From Chromera velia (Eukaryota): DNA of 55,492 nt. Below, one piece after another: positions 38,273 through 49,779 of this stretch; within the stretch, counting starts at the first letter, position 1, and every line of letters begins with the position of its first letter. The translations under genes and the position numbers were made by a program. The notes under the pieces were generated by a model. It made no database searches, was not told the origin of the DNA, and saw only the letters and a program-made list of their open reading frames with translations. The stretch spans positions 1 through 55,492 of the forward strand of contig JAHBMJ010000137.1 in the NCBI GenBank assembly GCA_018398765.1, written 5' to 3'.

Positions 38273-39056
38273 CTTCTCTGCTCACGAGGGGAATCGACAG
38301 ACACGGCACTTAAGGGTGGAATCAAGAGCAAATGACTTTCAGACAATCCTTGAGGTGCCTTCTTTCGCCTGTTGCTTCGACGCAACTCTGCTGTCGTTGA
38401 TCAAAGAGACAGAAGGAATTGTTTTGAGAGTTCCACTTCAACCTGGCCGTCTACGCATGACGATATGCTCCTTTTGGCAATCCCCGCTTGTGTGTTCTTC
38501 AATAATCGCCCTCCTGTATGTGTTTGATCCTTGATTGTCAAATTCTCAAGTGAGAGAAGTCTGCATGTGAAGATCGATTGCATGATCAGAGAATAAAAGA
38601 TCGATGCATGCAATTGAAGAAAAGAAGAGAATTAATCAAACAAATCCAAATCGAAACTTAGCGCAGAAACAACACATGCGCGCGGATTGCGCGCGCCCAA
38701 CGATCAAGCGCGGTCAAAGTATATAACAGTCGACAAATCAGACTGAAACTCAGCTAGCGTCATGCATGCATGCTGTCTCCGACATTCTCCGACTCTCTCT
38801 GCGAGGCGAACCATTGCCAGACTTATATACTTCTTCCTGAGTCGACAGGTCTTGGAACACACGCCTGTTTGTGGATTGGGACTTTCTTGGACCGTCTACG
38901 GGTCATGAAGCCCAGTGAATTAAGCTTGTATCTGTCTGAACACCTAGAGGAGACGGGGGACGCTTGTAGACTGCAACCTCAAGAAGTTCATCCTCTGAGC
39001 GGAGATTTTTGAGACGGTCTACCCTTGAAAGCGAAACGAGAGGAGGGCTTGCCAAG

Positions 39057-39599
39057 ATGAATTTCAAACTTGTGACAAATAGGCTCTCAACGCATTACAT
39101 TGCTGACCCGTACAGTACGTTGATGCACTACAAGAGGACCTTCAAGCTGCTTCAGCAGATGAAGAAGAACAACGGCAAGGCCCTCATTTTGGGCAACAAG
39201 AACCAGTTCGGCATTGACTGGAAGAATTACTTCGGAGGGATGGAGCTGCGGCGCTCCAACTTGGACCAGAAAGTAATTGTCAACGCGACCCTCCATCACG
39301 ACCTGATCATCTGTCTGGACATGTGCCTCTACGCTCCCTTCCTCAAAAGGAAGAATCTACCTGTACTCGGAATAGCGACTGCCAGGGAGATAGTGGAGCA
39401 TCCAGAAATCCTCGAGGTCATGGATTATCTCCTGCCTGCACCCACCAGCAAGACTGACGCCGCGCTCCGACAGCTGATGCTGAAGGAATACTTCGAAAAG
39501 GAAAACCCCAAACCGCCACCAGAGGCAGAGTCGTGGCAGCCGCCAGGTGGCATTGACCAAATGGAAAGAAGTCAGACCGTGCACGCATCACCGCGATAA
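39057..39599 (+). CDS. Probable divergent mitochondrial ribosomal protein uS2
   Basis: Intronless 180-aa ORF. THYIADPYSTL...NGKALILGNK matches uS2 HIIDL...GxILFVGTK, and HDLIICLD...NLPVLGIA...MDYLLPAP matches PDLLxxxD...IPVIxxxD...IDYxIPxN. By-eye motif match only. Confidence 0.55.
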   Translation: MNFKLVTNRLSTHYIADPYSTLMHYKRTFKLLQQMKKNNGKALILGNKNQFGIDWKNYFGGMELRRSNLDQKVIVNATLHHDLIICLDMCLYAPFLKRKNLPVLGIATAREIVEHPEILEVMDYLLPAPTSKTDAALRQLMLKEYFEKENPKPPPEAESWQPPGGIDQMERSQTVHASPR

Positions 39600-39708
39600 A
39601 TTTAACCGTGAAGGCAGGCACATTCTTCTGTTCCGTGTGGTGCTGCATGTGTGCTGACACTTTTGTTGTATCATGCGTTACTCCTGTATGCATAATTCGC
39701 CTGTGGGT

Positions 39709-39743
<35 letters not shown>

Positions 39744-39750
39744 CTCTCTC

Positions 39751-39807
<57 letters not shown>

Positions 39808-39880
39808 CTCTCTCTCTGTCTCTCTCTCTCTCTCTCTCGCGCTCTGTCTCTCTCTCTCGCTCTCTCCCTCTCTCCGTCCC

Positions 39881-39917
<37 letters not shown>

Positions 39918-40354
39918 GCTCTCTCGCTCTCGTGCTTTGCGTGTCCGTCTGACTGTCTTGAATGAAAAAAGAACTCGCATGGTCTGTCTGTCTCTTCCTC
40001 TGTCTGTCTGTCTGTCTGTCTTAAAAAAAGCAAGAAAGCAAGAAAGAGAGAGAGAGAGAGAGACGTCATTCAAAGTAGTACTTAACGAACAGGCTAATCG
40101 AGGCCGCTAGACCGAACCATGCATGTATGCAAAGACCCCGAGGCCTCAGCCGGGCAGGCTGAGCGACCCTCGCCAGAGAAAAACGTGAGGGGGGAGAGAA
40201 AGAAAGAAAGAGAGAAAGAAAGAAAGAGAGAAAGAAAGACAGAAAGACAGAAAGAAAGAAAGAAAGAAAGAAAGAAAGCGAAAAGTAAAGTAAAGAAAAC
40301 ACGATATAGCCTCTCTGCCTGTTTGTCTGTCTGTTGTTTTGTCTTCTTTTCTTC

Positions 40355-40534
40355 TCTTTCTTGTCTTGAATGGAAGCAGCAGACGATTAGCGTGTGAAAC
40401 CAGTGATCACGTGAAAGTCTGTCGGGAGGTGGAGAGGCAAGGGGCGCTTAACTCTCACCTTTCGGGCCCCCTGTCCACGCTGTTTGATTGTAGGTGCTTT
40501 TGTCTTTGTTCTTTCTTTCTTTCTTTTCTTTTTT

Positions 40535-40566
<32 letters not shown>

Positions 40567-40850
40567 ACTTTCTTTCTTTCTTTTTGTCTGTTGTGTTCAT
40601 GAAGAAAAGGAGGGAGAAGAAGAAACATATGGTCTGTCTGTCTGTCTGCCTGCCTGCCTGTCTGTCTCTCTGTCCATTCTTCTTTTCTTTTCTTTCTTGT
40701 CTTGAGTGGAAGCAGCAGAGGATTAACGTGTGAACCCACTGTTCAACCCATTGATCACGTGAAAGTCTGTCAGGAGGTGGGGAACTTCCAGGAGAAGCAA
40801 GGGGCGCTTCACTCTCACCTTTCTGGCCCCCTGCACACTTTGTCTGATTT
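40355..40850 (+). repeat. Diverged direct duplication (~140-160 bp x2)
   Basis: CTTGTCTTGA(A/G)TGGAAGCAGCAGA...GATCACGTGAAAGTCTGTC...GGGGCGCTT(A/C)ACTCTCACCTTTC occurs at ~40355-40490 and ~40690-40850. Confidence 0.85.
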
Positions 40851-40900
40851 GTCGTGATGTCCTTTTGTCTTTGTTGCTTTCTTGCTTTTTGCTTCCACGG

Positions 40901-40980
40901 TAAACTCCACTAAAATCCTTTAAATTCCACTAAATTGCATGGGTAAATTCCATTAAATTCCACTGAATTCCACTAAATTC
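40901..40980 (+). repeat. 10-bp tandem repeat TAAATTCCAC (degenerate)
   Basis: taaactccac taaaatcctt taaattccac taaattgcat ... taaattccat taaattccac tgaattccac taaattc. Confidence 0.8.
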
Positions 40981-41357
40981 TTGGGGAATTCAACCTTGAT
41001 TTGTACGATGGCTAGGAAAATCATGAGAAAAACTTATCGTAATCTTACTAGTATAATCCTAGAAAAAACACTATTTACTACTAGCTTTAGTAATTTTTGT
41101 ATTTTAAAAATTTATTTAAAAATTGATCCCGACCCTAATGAATTGGGAGTTGAATTGGGCGTTAAAAATCGGGACTACCAAATTTTAACTCCCAATTTTC
41201 AAAATTGGGCATTCCTATAATGAAAAAAGTATAAGGAGTTGGAACTTGAAATTTTGTATGCAAGCTAAACATAGGCCGTTTAAACTGTTTAGTGCAATAC
41301 CACTTTTATTAAACTCTTTTTCTTTTTGGGGAACAAGCTGTATAAGAATAAAAAAAT

Positions 41358-41495
41358 GGGAGTTCTCAATTTTTTTTCGGACGTCAAGTCAGTTTTTAAA
41401 TTTTTGGTAATTGACGCCCGAAAAAAAAAAAAATGGGAACTCCCTGCTTGCACTAAAAGATATTTTTCAATTTTTTTTTTCTAGTGCAGGCCAAG
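41358..41495. mobile_element. Two adjacent short inverted-repeat (MITE-like) relics
   Basis: GGGAGTTCTCAATTTTTTTTCGGACGTCAA (41358-41387) pairs with TTGACGCCCG(A)nTGGGAACTCCC (41411-41444). GCTTGCACTAAAA (41446) pairs with TTCTAGTGCAGGC (~41479-41491), which resembles the MITE TIR. Confidence 0.6.
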
Positions 41496-42023
41496 CTATT
41501 GAATATTAAAAATAGCTAGAGGATGGCTCTTAAGCTCTAGTTTAACTGTTTATAAGCTTAGGATATTTGATATTTATTGAGTGATTCAATTGAACATCAA
41601 TTTTTTAAATTTTAGGGTCAATTCTAGGTAATTCTAGGGTCAATTAAGAGTCTGCTCCGATTTAATTGGCTTGATTGATCAACAAACTTCAACAAAGTCA
41701 CATTTGCAAGTGAAATTGCGACGTCTCCGGGGCCAGAGCCACACTGTGAAATAAATGTTGAGGCCATGCACGTTTTTTATATACATTTCTAACACGTTTT
41801 TGAACGAATTGAAAATTTTTAATCGCTTTTAAATTCTCTTTCTTAAATTCTTTTTGTTTCCCTCCTTTTTCTTCATTCAACCTCTTTCCCTTCGTCTCCT
41901 CTCCTGAGGCTCCCTCTTCATCCCCCCTTTCCGAAACCTGCCAGATCTTTTCAAGGCAATTGCAACTCCTCCTCGAACTCCTCCCCTCAGCAGTCTCCCT
42001 TCACAAGCATTTAGCTAAACTAC

Positions 42024-44930
42024 TCATTGGGGGTGCATGTAGGACTTGAGGACAGAGACCATCTGGGTGTGGCCCTTCTGAGCCGCCACGTCTACAGGTG
42101 CCCTGCCGTTCTCCCGACAGACCAGACTCACGAGAGAGGGGGCCCGATGGAGAAGCCACTTCGCAGACACCACCTGGTTGCATGTCACGGCAACCTGGAG
42201 CATCGATCTGCCGAGGAACGTTGCCTGATGGACACACACGCACACAAAACACAAGCAACCTTGCCTCTAACTTTATCAAAAGACATTGATTGAAAGAGAT
42301 ACGCAGTGACTGTCACTGAAGGAACCTTGCTTACCGCATACTCTCCTTATTTTCAACCCACAAATGTCACGCAGACGGACACGGAAAGACTTTTTCGCAA
42401 AATAGCGAGCGAGTGTGTGAAGAAAGAAAAAAACTTTCCGGGGTCCAATCCCTGTAGAGTTGGTACCTGCAGGGCCTTTTTCTAGATTTCCCCGATGCGA
42501 AAAAGTCAGTCAATTTCAGATTGCATGGGAAAGAAATAAAAAGAAGAAGCCGACTAAACAGAGATGCTGCCGTCACTTCTTCGACCCACCGTCGCCGGGT
42601 TCATCCCGAAATCCTTGCAGAGCTTCTCCATCACTCCAATAGAGCAGGAGGCACTCGCAATCGCCAGCATACACGACCCCAAAGTGTCCGCTTTGCTCCA
42701 GTACCTGCCTCTCTCCTCCCACCACGTACGGGCCCACCACAGAGACGGTCTCTCTGTGTTGTTCTGATGTATCGTCAACCGCTCGTCTTCCTCTGACCGT
42801 CCATCTACCTGATCCACACTCGCCTCCCCCTCCCTGCAGATCCACTCCCTGAGTGCTCTCGCCTGTCTGTCGGACAAACATTCGTGTCCGTAGGGGAAGA
42901 AGACATCCTCTCGACACATCGGACAGGGAATGTAGGGCCGATCTGAACTCGGGTAACGGACTCTCCTCAGACACACACGGCAGAAAGAGTGTCTGCCCCT
43001 GCAGTCTAACGTGATGGGAAGGACCATCACGCTATGACAAATGCCGGACACATCTTCCCCCTTCCCTGCCTCTTCCTCTTCTCTCTCTGCTTCGACAATT
43101 TCCTCAAGATTGTCAGTCATGGGAGTCGAGAGGTCGATGTGGTATCGTCGAAACAAAACCTCCACAGCATCCACCCTCCCCAGGTCAACAAGCCAGTCAA
43201 GGGCAGGAAACACATCTGTGCCAAGATGCTCGACCAATCTCTCAAAAGCCAGCACACGAGGAGGATACAAAGTTCCCATCTCACCCTCCTCTTCGTGCAT
43301 ACGCACATCAGCAGAGTGAAAGGGAGAGGAGGGCTGCCCCGCTTCTAGACCCCACCCGCTTCCCCTCTGTCGCTTGATCTCGTTCTCTATCGCCTGTCTG
43401 TCATTCTCATCAAGGGCGGCAGAGCAAGAAGACGAGCCCGGCGTTTCCAGAATTAAATTTCGACTCGAGAAAAGACGAAAAGTCTGCAAACGAACCGGGT
43501 CCCTGCATTCCGTTTCCTTCCATGCAGACGGAAGGAAGCTGTGCAGATATACATCATGTGGTTACACGTCGACTCCTGGACACCTCATTCACAAGCAAAG
43601 GTATCAAACTGCATACCGACGGAAGAGCACACAGGAGGGAGAAGAGAGAAAGGAAGGCGAGATTCTAGGGTGGCCTTTACTCCTGCGGCCAACGATGTCA
43701 AATGCATCATTCCCCCCTTTGCAGACAATTGCTGAGCAAGGGAAACAACCAACAGGAACATCATTCATTCAAGTTCCCATGGACCCACCTTTCCATCCCA
43801 CACCAAGCCAGCCTCTCGAATTCTGCACTCCGCTCTTCGGCTGATCCCCCCTCCCCGCCCGACACAGAGACGATCAGTGTCTGCACCCATCAGAGCACGC
43901 GCACCTAAAGGAACCGTTGCGGAGTTGCCGTCAACAAGACACCGCTTAGCAACCTTCCCGTAAGTCTCGAGTACCCAGCTGAGCATGGGGACGTCTGTTT
44001 TCTGTGCAGCGACTTCAAGGGCACGGGCGACGTGGGGCCCGTCTGCCTCCTCACGGAACACCCAGGTCTGTGACTGTCTTTTGGGATCAACACCAAAATA
44101 CTCTAATTTCTCTTGGGCCATCTCTCTCGTCAAGGCACCGGAAAAAATAGAGCCTGCGAGCTCGCTGAGGAAGTTGCTATGCAATTGCAAGCTGTTCTGT
44201 AAGCAGTCTGCATAAAAGAGAATCCTCCTCATCTGGTCAGGGATTTGCATTCCCACACCTCGAGTGAGCCCCCCCGCAGCTACTTTCTCTGCCGGCAACC
44301 CGTCTTTGAGAGATCGTTCGAGGAAATGGAGAACAACAGCATTTTTCTCGTCCTCGCTAATGAAGCCAGTCTGCCACAGGCAGCACGTCGCGGCGACGCT
44401 CTTGACCTTCACAGCGGTAGAAGCGATAAAATCAAAGAGAACGGCGCAGCAGAAATGAAGGGTCTTATCATTCGGGAAGCAAGAGGCAAGGTTTGTCATA
44501 TTGTGGCCCCACCAATCGAAGAGCCCGTCTATTTCAGTGTTCTGCAGATCGATTTGTGCCATCAAAACGGTTGAGTTCAGTAGCCACAATCCGCTGCGGA
44601 GCAGTACGAGTACAGGTCCATGGGGAAAATCCAAGCACTCTCGTGATTTCCCTAATCTCCTCATTCTCTTCCAGTGGAAAGAACAACGGCATCATCGTGT
44701 GCTCATCGTACACCTGGGTGACGAACAGAGTTGTCATTTTAACTATCAGTCTGGTCCAGAAGCTGACTTGCGATCCTGCTTCGTATTTCTTGAAACCGAT
44801 GAGAGCAAACAGTCGTACTTTTCTCTTCCTTTTGACTGGCACAAGCACGACAGAGAGTGAGCTAGCCTCAGCTAGAGGGAGACATTGAATGAGGGAGAAC
44901 TGCAAAAAAAGAGGCATGATTCGCACAATT
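42024..44930 (-). pseudogene. RING-finger plus ankyrin-repeat gene, apparently degraded
   Basis: RING-HC-like VSGICHSVMVLPITLDCRGRHSFCRVC...CPMC with the first Cys replaced by Ser. Terminal exon GRSMLQVAVTCNQVVSAKWLL...GRAPVDVAAQKGHTQMVSVL is ankyrin-like. A frame break is present near 44550-44660, and some exons could not be joined cleanly. Confidence 0.6.
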
Positions 44931-45399
44931 TCGCATAGCTATCGCGATGCTATCGCGCTGTATCGCGATATTAATATATCGCGCTATATAGATCGCGAAA
45001 CGCATGCATGCGCAATGCCATGCATGCATGAACGGACGGCCCGACAAAGGACCAGAGAGACACTAAAGAAAGATGCATGAACGGACGAATGCATGCATGT
45101 GGACCCGCGGCCCCGCGGCCCGCGCACGCGGCGTCCCAAACCGATCGATTTTCAGGTCAGTCAATCCGTCTTTGCGTGCATGCATGACAAACGTGCATGC
45201 ATGGAAGGACATGCAAGAAAGCGTAGTCAAAAACTCATGGATCAAGTCTTATAAGTTATGACAGTCCTCTTGAGGTACTGGATAGGCTCAATTTTGATAA
45301 TTTCGATCTCTTCTTGTCACTTTCTTTGAGTCTTCTGCTTTGGGGCACCTGGCTGTCTTTTGAATTTGTGATTGAGCCTTCTTGTCGATCTCTAGGCAA

Positions 45400-46256
45400 A
45401 TGCCGACAGTCAGAGGTAGGATCCAGCGGGCAGGCACATGTCTTGCCCTCGCCTGTGCCACATTTGCTGTTGCTATCCCGTGCGTTCTTGCGTGGGCAGT
45501 TATGCATGCGGTAACTCCGCACCGTCTGCCTGCGGAAGAAGAACAAGTGCTCGGGGCGGAGGAAGGAACATTCGTGGGTCCCCTGCTGGCTGAACAACCT
45601 CCTGGTGACCTTGGAGTTTTGGGGGAAGGCGACGAAGGAGAGTTGTCAGGAGCAGCCTTACCTTTGGGTGCAAGGGGAATTGAGGTGCAGGCAGGGGATG
45701 GAGAAGGCCCAAGCGTGCCCCTTGAGGACCGGAAGATCGTTTTAAAGAACCTGCCGCGAGGTGCGTTTGCATGTTCATCACTTTCTTGTTCGGTTTCCAC
45801 CTATGTATGCTGCTTTTTGGTCATGCATTGACGTGCTGGAATTGATTGTCAGAAGCCTGTATCAGAAGCCTGTATGAGCCCTAATATTAGTATTAATAAT
45901 TGCAATCTGCCTTCCTGCATGCGTGTCTTCTTGCAGGACTAAGAGAGTCTAACCTACAGGTGCTTGCGGTGGAGGCGGTCGGCGAGGACTTCTTCGAGAG
46001 TGCAGAGCTGAAGACCCACAGAAGGACTGGAGAAAGCAGACAGTTCGGATTCATCATCTTGACAGACAGAGTGGCGGCAGAGAGGGCAGTGAGGAAACTG
46101 GATGGAAGAATTCTGGAGGAGAGGAGAGTCACTGCGGAGATCTCAAACCGCGCAACGATCAGCAAAGGAGGAGAAATCCCACCTTGTTCTGGACTCAGAC
46201 GTACTCTTATGTTTCTTTTTCACGACTTTCACCAGGTGCCCACGAAGACAGACTGA
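45400..46256 (+). CDS. RRM RNA-binding protein with hydrophobic N-terminal segment
   Basis: RNP2 KIVLKNLPRG is split by intron 45761-45936 (gtgcgt...ttgcag), followed by TGESRQFGFIIL (RNP1) and AERAVRKLDGRILEERRVTAE. The 3' end is uncertain. Confidence 0.75.
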
Positions 46257-46351
46257 CATGCATGCGCGCACAGAGAATTAAATTAAAATGATCTTGTGCT
46301 TCTGATCGCTTTGACACCTTGGTGGACACAGACTGTCACACTGGTAGCGGG

Positions 46352-46423
<72 letters not shown>

Positions 46424-46536
46424 TGTGTGTATGTGTGTGTGTGTATGTATGTGTGTGTGTGTGTATGTATGTATGTGTGTGTGTGTATGTATGTATGTGT
46501 GTGTGTGTATGTGTGTGTGTGTGTGTGTGTGTATCA

Positions 46537-46888
46537 TGTGTACATATATCTGGATTTGTATCTAATATGTGTACGTGCAGTCAAACGAAGGCACTCAGGA
46601 ACAGACAGTGGTCAGTGCAGTTCAATCCTTTTGGGTGTGGCTTTGCCGATGCGCTCCAACTTAAATTTTCTCTTGGCAGATTTGATGCGTGTGTGTGTGC
46701 GTGTGTGTGTGTCTATCATGTGTTATGCGGTGTTATGTGTACATATATCCGGATTTGTATCTAATATGTGTACTTGCCGTCAAACGAAGGCACTCAGGGA
46801 CAGACAGCGGTCAGTTCAGTTCAAGCCTTTTGGGTGTGGCTTTGCCGATGCGCTCCAACTTAAATTTTCTCTTGGCAGATTTGATGTG

Positions 46889-46890
<2 letters not shown>
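46537..46890 (+). repeat. Tandem duplication, period 199 bp, bounded by (TG)n
   Basis: TACATATATC..GATTTGTATCTAATATGTGTAC...CTTGGCAGATTTGATG starts at 46541 and again at 46740. Confidence 0.9.
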
Positions 46891-46921
<31 letters not shown>

Positions 46922-47659
46922 CTATCTGTTCCTGTGCCGCGGCTGGGGTTTGATCCTCTCAAAGTGCGCAGACCGCGCTGTAGATTGTACTCTTCTGGGT
47001 TATGAGAATGCTTCCGATGCAGTCACAATTGGGTCTCGACCCAGAATGTCTCTTCTCGGTGTTTTCTGTCTTTCCAGCCCCGGCCGCAGCGATTCTGTCC
47101 ATTGGTCTGCTTCCTTTCGATTGATTTCTGCATTTTGCGTCGATCCGGTTTCTTTGTGACAACTAATTAGTGCATCAATACAGGTTTGCGTGTACGTACA
47201 TTGGCGTATGACAACCTGTACGTGCAGGAATCGGATGCCTGCATGGGGGTTTTCTGGGAACAATGCGAAGCTAGGAGGAATGGGAGAGAGCAGAGGAGCG
47301 TTGGAGGCACAGGGAACTCTACGAAAGAGAGTGGGCAGCCTACGACAACGTCAGTCCTGCAGATTTGGGTCTGCACTTCCTTTAGTATGCTTTTCATCTA
47401 TCGACACAAGCAAAATCGCTCGATCGATCAATTAAGTGCTTTTCGTTTTGCACATTCCGCTTTTATTTCGAAACTTGATTGTTCCTGCACATCTTGCGTC
47501 TCGATTGCCACTGCATTCATTTTTTCTGGAGTCACTGCATGTACGTTTCTTTTCTTGCTGCATGCTTTGTGCAGTGGCTCTTCAAGAAGGCACCTGGAGA
47601 TTTGGGGGGAGACTTTCCAAGAGCTTGCAGGCAGGGCTTGAGACAAAGGAGAGAGAGAA

Positions 47660-47850
47660 AGGCAGGGGGGAGAGAAGCAAAGAGAGAGAGGGGGAGAGAA
47701 ACAAAGAAAGAGAGGAGGAGAGAAACAAAAAAAGAGAGAGGGAGAGAAACAAAGAAAGAGAGGGGGAGAGAAACAAAGAAAGAGACGGAGAGAGAAACAA
47801 AGAAAGAGACGCGGAGAGAAACAAAGAGGGAGGGGAGGAGAGACACAAAG
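47660..47850 (+). repeat. 24-bp purine minisatellite (GAGAGAAACAAAGAAAGAGAGGGG)
   Basis: About 7 consecutive units, visible as 8-aa repeats in the ORF track. Confidence 0.85.
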
Positions 47851-49779
47851 AGCGACAAAGAGAGAGAGGGGGGGTAAAGAACCGCCGCACCCCACACCCA
47901 CGCATGGGCATTCAGAGAAACAGATCCACTCTCCAGAGACGATAACGCTCTCCAGCAACAAAGAGATTAATTCTCTTTGTGTCCCCAGCAAGCCGGCCCT
48001 ATAGTCCATCTCAAGTGCCAATGCCGTAGTCACGATCTTGAGTGGGCAGTCGTCGGAAACCATCAGCACCCATGCACCGCACCCGACATCCCAAAGAAAA
48101 TGAAGCGAACAAAAAAAAAAGAAGTACTTGATCCGTCCTCTGTGCATGATTCCCTCCAGCGCAGAAACCCGTTTTTTCTGACGTTCTCCTCTCTCGGCTG
48201 CTCACACGCAGGCAGGGATTTTATCACGTGAGCGAGCCTTGCTTGAACAGGGGATGAAGACGGAACACGGAGACCCACCCCCCTATCCGATGGTTCCCTT
48301 CAAGTTGTTTATCATGCGCACCGCTGTCGAATAGCAGTGACCCACCCGTGCAACGACTGACTGACAGCGTCTGCCTCCCGTTTCCACACGTCGTCATAAG
48401 TCGTCCTGAAAAGTTCTCATCGTCTCTGATCAGACCAGACCACTGATCCTATTCTTGCCCTACAGGCTCCTTCAGCAGGGTCCCTAACTGTCGGAAGAGA
48501 ATCTTTCCCGCCCCCTTCAGAAAGATTACTCCTCAATTACTGTGAACCTGAGGCGCCCTCAGTTCCACACACGCACGCTGCGTCAGAATTCCAACGCTAC
48601 CAAACATACATGTGGAGGGGCTGATTCGTTTGGCACATCACGTCTGCATGTGCGCGCTTGGACGAAAAAGACACACAAGCCGCGTGAGAACACTCCCAAC
48701 CGACAGCAAGAGACCGTCCGTAGACTGAGCCCACATTGCTTCAGAATTGACGAACAAATGTTCATTTGTTCACAGTCCCAAAGCAGACAATTAAGCCACG
48801 TGCACATCGATCAGCTTCGATCCCTCGTTGCTCGCCATTCACGGATGGTGGGCCAAGCTGGATGTGCCAAAGCCTGGCTGCCGTGCATGGCGGCTCCAAG
48901 TCAACTCCTTCCATCAACTCCTCTGTTTAATTGATCAATTTCCATGGATGGATGAGCAAGAGGAAGGAAATTCGATCATTGAAAGTTCCCCACAGAAGCA
49001 AGGTAGATCCGTGTATGCTCTGTCTCCCTATCCGTGTCTCTGTACTGTTCTTACCCGCAGGCGCCTTCGGCAGTGTCCCTGTCGGTCCCTGTCGGATCGA
49101 TGACAATTAATCTAGCAATTAATCTTTCCCGCCCTCCTCGGGAAGATTTATTGCACATAAGCGCCTCGCCTCAACGTTGGGAGAGCGTTATATCTGGAAG
49201 ATGGCAGAGGGTAAAAAGACTACAGAGAGAGGAACGAGGAAAGAAAGATCTATCGGCAGTCTGAGATCGATTTTTCCATGCAGTTGGCTTAAAGTTTTGC
49301 ATTTTGTGAGTCGATCGATCACTCACTGAGAAGGCATCACTAGAGGCATCAATCCTAGAGGATTCCTTGCTAGTTGTTTCAACTTTCAAGCAAAAAAAAA
49401 ATTCTTTTATGAATTAAGTTATCTACATTTCTTTTTTCCGTGAGTTAATTGCCCAGGAAAAATAATAGAAATGAGGCTCAAATTTCTAACACCTTAAAAA
49501 TTTCAATGTTGTTTGAATTTCTACACTAAAACTTTTCTGTATCAGTTTCCTATCTTATATAGTTCCTATCATTTTTTAATAATTGAAATGACTTTTTCAT
49601 CATCTGTTGATCTCTCACTCAATCTTTGTATCATTTTTTAAAAATTAATTTTCAACGTACATGCATGCATTTTTTGCCAGTGCAAGGGCTAGTGCACGGG
49701 CTAGAGTGCATATGGGCTAGCATGTGTAGGAGAAATGGTCTCTACACTGTGGCATATATAGCGTTGCCAATTCTATAGA

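Noticed and set aside
47428..48940. Possible degraded multi-exon gene on the minus strand
   Set aside because: Fragments such as DDCPLKIVTTALALEMDY look coding but cannot be joined or assigned a product.
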